DNA of 51,118 nt. It comes from Candidatus Woesearchaeota archaeon. GTDB taxonomy: Archaea > Nanobdellota > Nanobdellia > Woesearchaeales > SKGA01. The notes under the pieces are model-generated. The model saw nothing but the letters and a program-made list of their open reading frames with translations. It was not told the origin of the DNA and searched no databases. Position numbers and translations under genes: made by a program. The stretch lies in contig JBKGYN010000005.1 of NCBI GenBank assembly GCA_046546105.1, forward strand, positions 1 to 51,118. Reading direction: 5' to 3'. Shown here piece after piece: positions 32,777 to 41,786 of this stretch. Each line of letters opens with the position of its first letter. Positions within the stretch are counted from its first letter, which is position 1.

Positions 32777-32854
32777 CAGAAACGGGTCAGTCGGCGATCG
32801 CTTTTAAAGATTTCTATGGATATTCAGATGCGCACTCACCACCATCGCCTGCGC

Positions 32855-34108
32855 TTATCCGAGACTCTCTTGCCCTATTTCCTCAGAACTTCCTTTGAGA
32901 AGTTCTAATTCCTTGCAGAATTGTTTGTTTTGAGGTATTTCGATTTCGTTGCACAGTTCTTGTTTTCCGTCAAGCACTAGATCTATATAACAATCTTCTT
33001 TGAGTTCTCTTGATGAAGTGAGTTCGCACACACCCTCATCATCATGGTTGCGTGCTACCGCCACGAAACATTCATAGCGCGATGTTTCCCCCTCCATCTG
33101 TTTGCAATGGGTGATTGCCGTCTCTTTTGATGATGATTTGAGTGCTCGTTGGAAAAGTATCTTATCGCTTCGCGAGTATGTGTTCTCATCCGTTGCAAAG
33201 GCATATTCATCCTGTCGAGGATTTCTTTCAGGCGGATCTTGCGAGGATGTCGTGTTGGTCTCTTCCTGCTGCCCCCCCGACATTGGCTCATCATCTTGTT
33301 GGTCTGTGCGGTTATTCGTTTCCTTTGATGTTTCTACCCTGAATCGGGTCGTATCCGTGAACACCCCGCTTGCATGCGTCATGGTCGCTTTGACAGTGTA
33401 TGTACCGTTTCCAAGGTCTGAAGGGAGTTGCGCAGTCATCTCTTTGCTTGTTGTTCCTGAAAAATACAATGATTCTCGTGATTCTGTCACATGACGACCG
33501 TCTCCAGTCATTATCCTCAGCGAGACCTCGATCAGCTCTTCTTTTGGCTGTTCTTGAGCGTCCGCCGTGACAGTGACCTCCAGAGCTTCTCCTGGCGGGA
33601 TTGATCGGGAGACTGATGAAACTTCTGCATTGTTGAGCGTGTACTCGCCAGCGCCATCATTCCCTTGCATCACGGGGATGAGAAATACCCCTGCAGCGAT
33701 GAGCATTGCCAAGAGAATGATTCCGAGACCGATCGCTTTCAGATTCTGATTGGAGCTTTTGCGGATGTCATCAAGCTCAAGACTTCCTTGATAGTAATCC
33801 TTGTTTATATGCCTGAACACGTCCCGGACCACTTTCTTGTCATATCCTTGGTCGATGAGTGTTCCATATACTTGTCGCGCCTGATACCCTCTATTGAGCA
33901 TCGAATAGATATATGTGTATAGTTGTTGGTAGAGATTCGATTGCTGCCTTGCATGGTGGTGGGCTTTTCTCTCGTTCTTCTTTGCCTCGTGCATGCCGGA
34001 ATCTATTGTGACAGCATCATATCCTCGTGACTTGAGAAATGATATGATATCCTGCTCCTCATAGCCTTGTTCGAGAAGTTGCCGGATATATTCTGATAAT
34101 GCTGTCAT
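32855..34108 (-). CDS. Hypothetical membrane protein: two cytoplasmic helical repeats, TM, Ig-like domain, Cys repeats
   Basis: L..YI...L..GY....I...L...GY occurs twice; TM; beta-rich GNGTYTVKA; C-terminal periodic Cys. Confidence 0.8.
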   Translation of the reverse strand: MTALSEYIRQLLEQGYEEQDIISFLKSRGYDAVTIDSGMHEAKKNERKAHHHARQQSNLYQQLYTYIYSMLNRGYQARQVYGTLIDQGYDKKVVRDVFRHINKDYYQGSLELDDIRKSSNQNLKAIGLGIILLAMLIAAGVFLIPVMQGNDGAGEYTLNNAEVSSVSRSIPPGEALEVTVTADAQEQPKEELIEVSLRIMTGDGRHVTESRESLYFSGTTSKEMTAQLPSDLGNGTYTVKATMTHASGVFTDTTRFRVETSKETNNRTDQQDDEPMSGGQQEETNTTSSQDPPERNPRQDEYAFATDENTYSRSDKILFQRALKSSSKETAITHCKQMEGETSRYECFVAVARNHDDEGVCELTSSRELKEDCYIDLVLDGKQELCNEIEIPQNKQFCKELELLKGSSEEIGQESLG

Positions 34109-34356
34109 TGTCGTTCACTGGATTCTTCCCATTGCACGTCATCGACTCCTCGGAGTTCGTGATTCTCCTTACCAGTAAGAGCGTTCTCTTTGGTTGAGGG
34201 GTTTCCACGTGTCATTTGAGTCAATCGAATGGTGAGAGAATACGTCTGCACTCACCCCTTACAGTGGTGATCTGCAGTAGAGTAGTATTTAAACGTTTTG
34301 TATGGTTGCGAAGTCTTGGACCGATCATGCATGGAAAGAGGATTTTGAGAAAACCC

Positions 34357-34899
34357 TTATATGTCGGTTTTCTCTTCTATTTTCCATTGCTTTTGCTGTT
34401 TTTCCAGCATCTTGAACACTGAAGAATGCGGGCTTCCGCTGAGAAGTGATTCGAGAGCTCGTTTGCACACGGCGACCTTATCGCAGAATCCTATGATACC
34501 GATGGTCTTTCCGTAGACGCTGATGTTCGTATCTGTGAGCTGCTCGAGCGTCTCTCGTGCTTTTCCTGCTTTTCCGATGACTCTTCCTTTGAGTCTGATC
34601 ATATGGTTTTTTGATTTGACGAAGTCTGTCATCGTGATCATTTCAAGAATGAAATCTTGTTTGAAGAGTCTCATGGCGATTTCAGGGTTGAACCCTCGCC
34701 CTACTGCCTTGACGACATCCTTGAGTTGGAAAAGCATTATAGAATCAGACCCTCTTAGCTTGACATCGCCGTCTTCAGAATCCACTTCTATCGTGGCGTG
34801 CGCATGGCTTTCCAGTTCTTCCTTGACTGCGCCATCCGTGCCTATCAGCACTGCGATGCGTTCTTTTGGTATCTTGAGCTCGTAGGAGTATTCTTCCAT
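34357..34899 (-). CDS. KH-domain rRNA processing protein (Dim2/Pno1 family)
   Basis: IPKERIAVLIG, AVGRGFNPE, KGRVIGKAGK and GSPHSSV motifs. Confidence 0.92.
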   Translation of the reverse strand: MEEYSYELKIPKERIAVLIGTDGAVKEELESHAHATIEVDSEDGDVKLRGSDSIMLFQLKDVVKAVGRGFNPEIAMRLFKQDFILEMITMTDFVKSKNHMIRLKGRVIGKAGKARETLEQLTDTNISVYGKTIGIIGFCDKVAVCKRALESLLSGSPHSSVFKMLEKQQKQWKIEEKTDI

Positions 34900-35074
34900 A
34901 TTGCGTGGAAACGACCAGTGCTTTTTAAAGGTTGTCCTGTATGAGCGGATAAGACCTCTATTATTTGTTGACAGGCTGATTCTCGTCACTGACGGGGATA
35001 GAAGAGAGATAAATGAAGATCAGGGGAACGAAACCTTTAAATACTCACTGGTGTGAGTGTTAGAGTGAGTACTC

Positions 35075-35650
35075 ATGGCGGGAACTGTTCTGGGCAACAC
35101 AGTGGAATTTCTGGCACACATCGGTATCTATGATATCGTTCTGCCGTTCTTGCTTGTGTTCACCCTGATGTTCGCGTTCCTTGAGAAGACAAGGGTGCTC
35201 GGTGTCGAGGTCATTTCCGATAGTTCGGGTAATGAACATACATTCACGAGAAAGAATCTTAATAGTATTGTTGCCTTCACGGTAGCGTTTTTCGTGATTG
35301 CCTCAAGCCAATTGGTCCGTATCATAAGCGAAGTCCTTGCTAACACGATCATACTCGTGGTTGCAGGTCTTAGTTTCATGCTCGCATCCGGCGTCATCTA
35401 TCAGGGTGACGAGCCGATGCAACTCAGCGGTAAATGGGAGAAAGGGTATAAGATCTTCAGCCTTGTCGGCATCGTGCTCATCCTCTTCAACGCTCTTGGC
35501 TGGCTCGATAAGATTTATGCTTTTTTGGTAAGCAATTGGAATAACGGCCATGTGGCAACGGTCATCATGATCGGTCTGTTCATCTGGTTCATGTATTGGA
35601 TCACCACTCCGAAAGGCAGCGGTAAGAAATCAGAGGATTCCGATGATTGA
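35075..35650 (+). CDS. Multi-pass membrane protein, tandem paralog 1
   Basis: YDIVLPFLLVFTLMFAFLEKT; about 5 TM segments; TATA upstream. Confidence 0.8.
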   Translation: MAGTVLGNTVEFLAHIGIYDIVLPFLLVFTLMFAFLEKTRVLGVEVISDSSGNEHTFTRKNLNSIVAFTVAFFVIASSQLVRIISEVLANTIILVVAGLSFMLASGVIYQGDEPMQLSGKWEKGYKIFSLVGIVLILFNALGWLDKIYAFLVSNWNNGHVATVIMIGLFIWFMYWITTPKGSGKKSEDSDD

Positions 35651-35715
35651 TTTTTTTTCATCGGCAAAACAAGTTCGATAAAATAAGAATATGAAATGTG
35701 TGTGAGGCGGTACAA

Positions 35716-36327
35716 ATGTTTTACGGTGCACAAGGTTTGATTCATTCATTGCAACAGTGGGGTGTCATTGACGTCATCCTTCCATTCATCCTTATCTTTA
35801 CGATAGTCTTCGCGGTCCTGGAAAAGATCCAGCTTCTTTCAAAAGATGAAGGACAGAACAGGAAATATTCGGCGATCATCGCCATTGTCATGGCTTTCGC
35901 CGTTGTCGTGCCTCATGTCACAGGCAGTTATTATTATGGCTTTGATGTTGTCGAGATCATCAACAAGGCATTACCGCAGGTAGGTCTTCTTCTTGTCGCT
36001 ATTGTCATGATGCTTCTTACCATCGGACTCTGGACCGGTAAGACTCCAAGCGGCGACAAGGGTGCTGGTGTCTGGTTCACTATGATCTCTGCTGCGATTG
36101 TCATCATCATCTTCGTCGCATCGATCGGCTGGTGGCAGGCTCCTTACTGGCTTATGAGACTTCTGAACAGCGATATCATCGCGCTTGTCATAGCCATTCT
36201 TGTCTTCGGGCTGGTTATCAAGTGGATCAGTTCCCCGGGTAAGAAAAGCGAAGATAACAAGAAGAATTCTGCCATGAAGAACTTTGCAGAATTCCTAGGT
36301 AGTGCTGATGATAAGAAGAACAAATGA
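35716..36327 (+). CDS. Multi-pass membrane protein, tandem paralog 2
   Basis: IDVILPFILIFTIVFAVLEKI; about 5 TM segments. Confidence 0.8.
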   Translation: MFYGAQGLIHSLQQWGVIDVILPFILIFTIVFAVLEKIQLLSKDEGQNRKYSAIIAIVMAFAVVVPHVTGSYYYGFDVVEIINKALPQVGLLLVAIVMMLLTIGLWTGKTPSGDKGAGVWFTMISAAIVIIIFVASIGWWQAPYWLMRLLNSDIIALVIAILVFGLVIKWISSPGKKSEDNKKNSAMKNFAEFLGSADDKKNK

Positions 36328-36358
36328 CTGAAGCTGATAGGGGTGTGTGTATTAGACG

Positions 36359-37006
36359 ATGACAAGCTTTGCTGACTTGACGATCATGCAACACTTCTCT
36401 GGAGTGTTCGTCTTCTTTTTGGTCTTTATCATAGTCTATGCCTTCCTCCAGTTCACGAACATGTTCAAGGATACTGAAGGTGCCAAGGGGATTTATGCGA
36501 TCCTCTCCGTGATTGTCGCTTTTATCGTCTCCCTGTCCAAGGGCGCATTTACTGCTATCACCTCGATGACCCCGTGGTTTGCCACACTCATCGTGTTCTT
36601 GTTTCTTGTCATGTTTGTCCTCAAGGTCTTCACAGGTCCTGAGGATGAGATGTTTCCTAAGCTTATCAAGGAAAAGCCTGTTGTTTACTGGACCCTTATC
36701 GCGGTTTTTATCATCATCCTGATTACCTCATTCACTCCTGCTATCGATCAGGAGCGTGTGGATCGTCGTATCGCTTCAGAAGACCGGGCTGATTCGCTTG
36801 AAGAGAACACTTCAAGTAACGGCACGGAGGTTCTCCAGCGCACAGGTCCGATAGCTCACGATGAGAAAAAAGCTGAATCTCCAGAATCTCTCGGGAATCA
36901 GATCCTGCAGACCATCCTCCATCCTCAGATGTTAGGTGTGTTGCTCCTTATTTTCATTGCAGGATTTGCCATCCTGCTTCTCACCCGCTCAACAGGCGGT
37001 GATTGA
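36359..37006 (+). CDS. Multi-pass membrane protein, tandem paralog 3
   Basis: FSGVFVFFLVFIIVYAFLQFT; about 5 TM segments. Confidence 0.8.
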   Translation: MTSFADLTIMQHFSGVFVFFLVFIIVYAFLQFTNMFKDTEGAKGIYAILSVIVAFIVSLSKGAFTAITSMTPWFATLIVFLFLVMFVLKVFTGPEDEMFPKLIKEKPVVYWTLIAVFIIILITSFTPAIDQERVDRRIASEDRADSLEENTSSNGTEVLQRTGPIAHDEKKAESPESLGNQILQTILHPQMLGVLLLIFIAGFAILLLTRSTGGD

Positions 37007-37049
37007 ATCCGGCATGCGAATAGTTTAGCCAAAAGAGGTGTTATACGTA

Positions 37050-37571
37050 ATGAACGATCAACAACATGATTCTTCTCAAAAATCCCTTCAGGGGCAGATG
37101 CCCCCTCCTCCTGGCGATCAGCAAGGCCAGGTGCCTCCTGCGCAGGGCGGGCAGGGCTCTCCTGTCGATGAAGGCGTCTCTAATGAGGAGCTTATTGAAG
37201 CGATTATCGATGAGAAGTGGAACGAGCTTGAAAAGGATATCAACAAGATTGTCGAGTGGAAGAATAATGCCGAAAGTCGCTTGACGACCATGGAGGAGAA
37301 GGTTAAGGGTATCAAGGAGGATTTTGACAAGCTCCATGAGAATATCCTTGGGAAAGTCGGCGAGTATGATAAGCATATCCAGGACGTCAGTGCTGAAATT
37401 CATGCTATGGAGAAAGTCTTTGCAAAAGTGCTTCCCGTCTTTACAGAGAAAGTCGATGAGTTATCCCGCATTTCAGATGATTTCAAAAGCGCTGTCGGGA
37501 AGGACTCTTCTTACCGGAACAATCCAGGCTCACAGCCACTTGAGAAAAAGCGCAGTTCTGATGAGGATTAG
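37050..37571 (+). CDS. Coiled-coil protein with Pro/Gln-rich N-terminus
   Basis: EELIEAIIDEKWNEL followed by heptad repeats; SD GAGGTG. Confidence 0.8.
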   Translation: MNDQQHDSSQKSLQGQMPPPPGDQQGQVPPAQGGQGSPVDEGVSNEELIEAIIDEKWNELEKDINKIVEWKNNAESRLTTMEEKVKGIKEDFDKLHENILGKVGEYDKHIQDVSAEIHAMEKVFAKVLPVFTEKVDELSRISDDFKSAVGKDSSYRNNPGSQPLEKKRSSDED

Positions 37572-37596
37572 TGAAAAGCGTTCGAGAACATGGTTT

Positions 37597-38037
37597 TTAT
37601 TTTTCTTCTTCGAACTTCTTTCTCAGGAAATCATTCACTTCTTTTCTCGTGACAAAATCCATCGGATTCCAGAATCCCACGTATTTCTTGAGCTTGGTGA
37701 ATTCAGGTTTTTCGACAAAGTTTTCCACCTCGTCACTTAGAAGCGATAGTTTCTCACGCACATCCTTGACAGTCTTCTTGAGCTCGAGGATGTCATCGTT
37801 GACAAGCCGCATCTCTTCTGCAGATTCCTTCTCGAGATTGATGATGCTATGCTCGGCCAATTGTGTCTTCTTCCTGATGATGCTGTATCGTTCCTCCAGT
37901 ATCTTGAGACGTGTCGCTATATCATTGACAGTCTCTTTCACGGGAGCAAACGCCGATTCCTGACTTTCTTTGTGTTGTTTCACGTGTTCTTCCGGATTCG
38001 GCTGGTTGGGAAATAGTGTTGGCTCTTCATCGGCCAT
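37597..38037 (-). CDS. Coiled-coil hypothetical protein
   Basis: Heptad pattern; C-terminal KYVGFWNPMDFVT. Confidence 0.75.
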   Translation of the reverse strand: MADEEPTLFPNQPNPEEHVKQHKESQESAFAPVKETVNDIATRLKILEERYSIIRKKTQLAEHSIINLEKESAEEMRLVNDDILELKKTVKDVREKLSLLSDEVENFVEKPEFTKLKKYVGFWNPMDFVTRKEVNDFLRKKFEEEK

Positions 38038-38131
38038 GTATCAGGCACCCCTCTTTGTATATCAGTTGTATGGACGAGCTTGTTTTATAAATATTTCCTG
38101 TGCCTTGTATGCTGGCTATCATCCGGAGTTA

Positions 38132-39817
38132 TCACTTTGTCTTGATACCTAACTCTTCAAGCTGTGTCTTCGAAACCTCGCTCGGCGCCTTGAGCATGAG
38201 ATCTTCAGCATCCTTGTTTTTAGGGAATGCTATGACCTCCCTGATATTCGGCATGCCTGCAAGCAGCATCACCATCCTGTCAAGACCGAAAGCTATTCCG
38301 CCATGCGGCGGTGCTCCGTATTGGAAGGCATTGATCATGAATCCGAATTTCTCCTGCTGCTCCTTATCATTGACACCTAGTGCTGTAAAGACATCTTCCT
38401 GGAGTTTCTTGTCATGGATTCGTATGCTGCCACCACCGAGCTCGAAACCGTTGAGCGTGAGGTCATACGCTCTTGCCATGACTTCTTTCGGGTTCGTTTT
38501 GAGCTTGTCAAGCTGATCGTGGCGTGGGCTTGTGAATGGATGGTGCATCGCCACGTAGCGTTGGTCCTCTTCGCTCCATTCCAGAAGCGGGAAGTCTGTG
38601 ATCCAGACGAACCTCCATTGTTTCTTATCGATAAGACTGCATTCTTCTCCCAAGTGGAGCCTGAGTGCCCCCAGGCTTTCTGCGACCGTGTGCTCGTCAT
38701 CCGCTACAAAGAACAGGTGATCGCCCTCCTCCAGTTCCATCGGCGGTTTCTCGACGAACTTCGCTATCGCCCCTGCAAGTTCTCCGTTCTCTTGTTTGAG
38801 CCATGCAAGGCCTTTCGCCCCGTAGATCTTGACCTTTTCGGTGAAAGCATCAATTTCTTTTCTTGAGAATGCTCCGTTGATCCTGATTGCCCGTACGCAT
38901 GCTGCGTTCCGGAATATCTTGAAATTCGTTTCCTTCGCCCAGGCAGTCACATCAGTTATAGGCAGATCGAATCTCAAGTCAGGCTTATCGCTTCCGTACT
39001 TGAGCATCGCTTCATGGTATGTCATTCGTGAAAATGGTGTTGTGATCTCTTTTCCGAGGACTTCTTTCCAGACATGTTTTATCATCCCTTCCATAAGCCC
39101 ATATATATCCTCTTCATCGACAAAACTCATCTCAAGGTCTATCTGGGTGAATTCCGGTTGTCTGTCTGCCCTGAGATCCTCATCCCTGAAGCACTTGACG
39201 ATCTGCATATAGCGGTCCAGGCCTGAAATCTGGAAGAGTTGTTTGAATATCTGCGGACTTTGGGGTAGTGCGAAGAACTTTCCTTGATTGACCCTGCTTG
39301 GCACGAGATAATCCCGCGCTCCTTCGGGCGTGCTCTTCCCCAATACTGGCGTTTCGATCTCGAGAAACTGGTGCTTATCCAGATAATCGCGCACCGCTTT
39401 TGTCGTCCGGTGTCGTATCTCGATGTTGTCTCTCATCCGTTTCGTCCTGAGATCAAGATACCTGTACTTGAGCCTTGTCTCTTCAGTCGTCTCCTCATTG
39501 TTGAGGTCAAGCGGCAATGGTTTGGCTTCGCTTAGCATCGTGTAGTTCTCTGCCTTGATCTCCACATCACCGGTAGCCAGTGCCTTATTCGGTTCCGGCT
39601 TGACAGTAACTTCTCCTTCGACCTGGATGACTGACTCCTTGGTCGGCAGCGTTTCAGGTTTTTGCGTGATCGTTACTTGTGTGATACCGTAACGGTCTCG
39701 CAAATCGAGAAATACGAGCGAACCATGGGTTCGTATCTTGTGCACCCATCCCGCCAACGTCACGGTCTCTCCTTCATTTTCTTTCCGTAGTTCTCCGCAT
39801 GTGTGTGTTCTGTGCAT
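38132..39817 (-). CDS. aspS: Aspartyl-tRNA synthetase, bacterial type
   Basis: MHRTHTCGEL, FLDLRD, STPEGARDYLVP, LPQSPQ, FRDEDLRADRQPEFTQ, GAD insert, HHPFT and PPHGGIAFGLDR. Confidence 0.95.
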   Translation of the reverse strand: MHRTHTCGELRKENEGETVTLAGWVHKIRTHGSLVFLDLRDRYGITQVTITQKPETLPTKESVIQVEGEVTVKPEPNKALATGDVEIKAENYTMLSEAKPLPLDLNNEETTEETRLKYRYLDLRTKRMRDNIEIRHRTTKAVRDYLDKHQFLEIETPVLGKSTPEGARDYLVPSRVNQGKFFALPQSPQIFKQLFQISGLDRYMQIVKCFRDEDLRADRQPEFTQIDLEMSFVDEEDIYGLMEGMIKHVWKEVLGKEITTPFSRMTYHEAMLKYGSDKPDLRFDLPITDVTAWAKETNFKIFRNAACVRAIRINGAFSRKEIDAFTEKVKIYGAKGLAWLKQENGELAGAIAKFVEKPPMELEEGDHLFFVADDEHTVAESLGALRLHLGEECSLIDKKQWRFVWITDFPLLEWSEEDQRYVAMHHPFTSPRHDQLDKLKTNPKEVMARAYDLTLNGFELGGGSIRIHDKKLQEDVFTALGVNDKEQQEKFGFMINAFQYGAPPHGGIAFGLDRMVMLLAGMPNIREVIAFPKNKDAEDLMLKAPSEVSKTQLEELGIKTK

Positions 39818-39835
39818 CGTAAACCCTCTTATCAA

Positions 39836-40453
39836 TCATGATGATTTCATATGCATATCATAGAGTATGTCCTGGACTTTTGTCAGTTGGTATTTAACAC
39901 TCTCGATCTTTTTCCTGTACTCTCCGGTCCTGAAGTCGAACTGGAGCAGCGCCTCGACGAGTTGTTCGATGATCGAGTGGATTTCAGAAACCCCTTCGCG
40001 ATTATCGTCTATGGCATAGAGCACTGCTTTTCTTGCTAATTCTCCCGGCAGGTCGCACAGCCCCAGTAGAAACTTATCGTGCGGCACTTCAAATGATAAG
40101 CCTAGGCCTGCCCGTGAAGGCAATCTTTGTTCTGTCAGGAACAAATAATAGGATGTTGCCTCGATATACTCTTCCAGACCTGCGCCAAAGGCCCCTACCG
40201 TGTTGAATTGTGATCTGTCGATGAGCTTGTACGCTTCTTCGATCGATTCTTTAGCCTTTTCAAGCTGGCTTTTCGCTTTCTCGTATTCATTCCTGTGCAG
40301 CGAGTGGATTGCATGCTTGGCCGGTCTCACGATGTCCCGTGATATCTTTATTATCTTCTCCCTGTTCTCATCATCGGCCTCAATGGTGTTTTTGATTTCC
40401 GATAACTCGTTTTTGAGCGTATCAAGCCCTTTGATCTGCTGTTCATGAGTCAT
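39836..40453 (-). CDS. Translin/TRAX (C3PO-like) family protein
   Basis: REKIIKISRDI, GLEEYIEA, LGLCDLPGELAR and RKK motifs. Confidence 0.88.
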   Translation of the reverse strand: MTHEQQIKGLDTLKNELSEIKNTIEADDENREKIIKISRDIVRPAKHAIHSLHRNEYEKAKSQLEKAKESIEEAYKLIDRSQFNTVGAFGAGLEEYIEATSYYLFLTEQRLPSRAGLGLSFEVPHDKFLLGLCDLPGELARKAVLYAIDDNREGVSEIHSIIEQLVEALLQFDFRTGEYRKKIESVKYQLTKVQDILYDMHMKSS

Positions 40454-40489
40454 TGTAATCCTCCGTTTTAGTCATTGGCAAAAGTTGGT

Positions 40490-41221
40490 TTATAAATCCT
40501 CGTGTGGCGGCATCTTGCCGGTGATTTCCGTGTAGAGTTCTTTCGGATTCCTGTTCACTCCTTTTTTTGAAAAAAAAGCGGTGATGTTGTTAAGATCCCG
40601 TATCAACAGTTCCGGTGCTTGATGCGATGTTGTCATTGTCGTTTGGGAGAAATCGATGAATATAGGTTGGTGACCGTCTACCAGTATGTTGAATGAGGAG
40701 AGGTCTCCATGTACCAGCCCTTTCTTGTAAAGCAGTTTTATATTCTCGATTATCTGATCGCAAAACGCTTTCGGATCCTCAAGATCCACATTCTTGAGTT
40801 GGGGGGCTGGCCTGTGCTCATCTCCGATGTACTCCATCACGATGATATTATCACGAAACGCATGGGGTGTGGGTACCTTGATACATTCTCGTGCGTTTTG
40901 CAGGTTTCGGTATTCTCGTCTCGTCCATTCGAAGATGATCCGTCTGCGGTTTCCTTTGAGCGAGTCGTAACGAGGATCTTGTGCGATATAAGAGTACATC
41001 TTGTTGAAGTCGCAGTTCTCAAGACGATAGATCTTGAGGATAACAAGTTCTCCGCTGGTTTTTCTGGCGATAAAGATATTCGCTTCCTTGCCAAGCGCGA
41101 GTGTTGTCCTGATCTCTTCGAAGTGTCCTTGCGCGGAAAGCTTTCGCAAGTTTGCGATCGTATGATTGTCAAAGACTCCGCCGTACGTCTTCCATTCTTC
41201 CTTGCTCTGTTTACGTGCCAT
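40490..41221 (-). CDS. rio1: RIO1 family atypical kinase
   Basis: GKEANIF, KIYR, W..REY.NL, VHGDLSSFNIL and IDFSQ motifs. Confidence 0.93.
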   Translation of the reverse strand: MARKQSKEEWKTYGGVFDNHTIANLRKLSAQGHFEEIRTTLALGKEANIFIARKTSGELVILKIYRLENCDFNKMYSYIAQDPRYDSLKGNRRRIIFEWTRREYRNLQNARECIKVPTPHAFRDNIIVMEYIGDEHRPAPQLKNVDLEDPKAFCDQIIENIKLLYKKGLVHGDLSSFNILVDGHQPIFIDFSQTTMTTSHQAPELLIRDLNNITAFFSKKGVNRNPKELYTEITGKMPPHEDL

Positions 41222-41357
41222 GCTCTCTTAGTGCGTGAAGAAGCAGTGTGTCCTTTTAAAAATTTGCTTGGAAACGCTAAACCAAGTGTTTTCGGAGAAA
41301 AAAGAATGGGGTGGGTGGGAGACAACAGGAAAAAATCCTGTCGACCAACCCGTCCAA

Positions 41358-41600
41358 TAGGCCGGGTGGTAGCGAAGAACTTTGTTCTTCTGACAATCTC
41401 TCGAATCGTTATTCGAGAGCTTGGATTTGAACGTTTGAAACTTGCTTTCAAACCCAGGAACGTCAGTAACTATGCCACGAAGTGGGTGAAGAATCCCACA
41501 TAACCAATTTTTTGAAGAAAAAATGTGGGCCGGGTGGGATTCCTTTGAACGTAGTGAGAAGGTGCCGACATGAAATGTCGAGCATGTTCAAAGCCCACCT
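41358..41600 (-). repeat. Two degenerate copies of the tRNA-Phe 3' end interrupted by short palindromes
   Basis: 41522-41541 is identical to 41617-41636 (20 bp); GGCCGGGTGG at 41359-41369 and GGATTTGAAC at 41423-41432 match the acceptor/T arm; several perfect hairpins. Confidence 0.7.
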
Positions 41601-41620
41601 TCTAGAATATGATAATAATG

Positions 41621-41728
41621 TGGGCCGGGTGGGATTTGAACCCACGACTTCACCGTTTCGATGTGGTGAACCCGACAAAAGTTCTCCCGCCTTCAGCGGT
41701 GCGCTCTGCCAGTCTGAGCTACCAGCCC
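41621..41728 (-). tRNA. tRNA-Phe(GAA) with a 34-nt intron at 37/38 (41657-41690)
   Basis: Acceptor GGGCTGG/CCGGCCC, D arm GCTC..GAGC, anticodon stem CACCG/CGGTG with loop CT-GAA-G|A, T arm GTGGG TTCAAAT CCCAC; no encoded CCA. Confidence 0.88.
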
Positions 41729-41786
41729 ATGAAGGATCTCTTTAGAGTGTTGCTGGTGCGTTTATAAGGTTTTCGTCCGGCTCATT

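Noticed and set aside
41340-41500. RNase P RNA (minus-strand ACCCGGCCTA resembles the P4 3' strand)
   Set aside because: No GAGGAAAGTCC-like 5' P4 strand is present; the match is better explained as a tRNA-Phe 3'-end copy.
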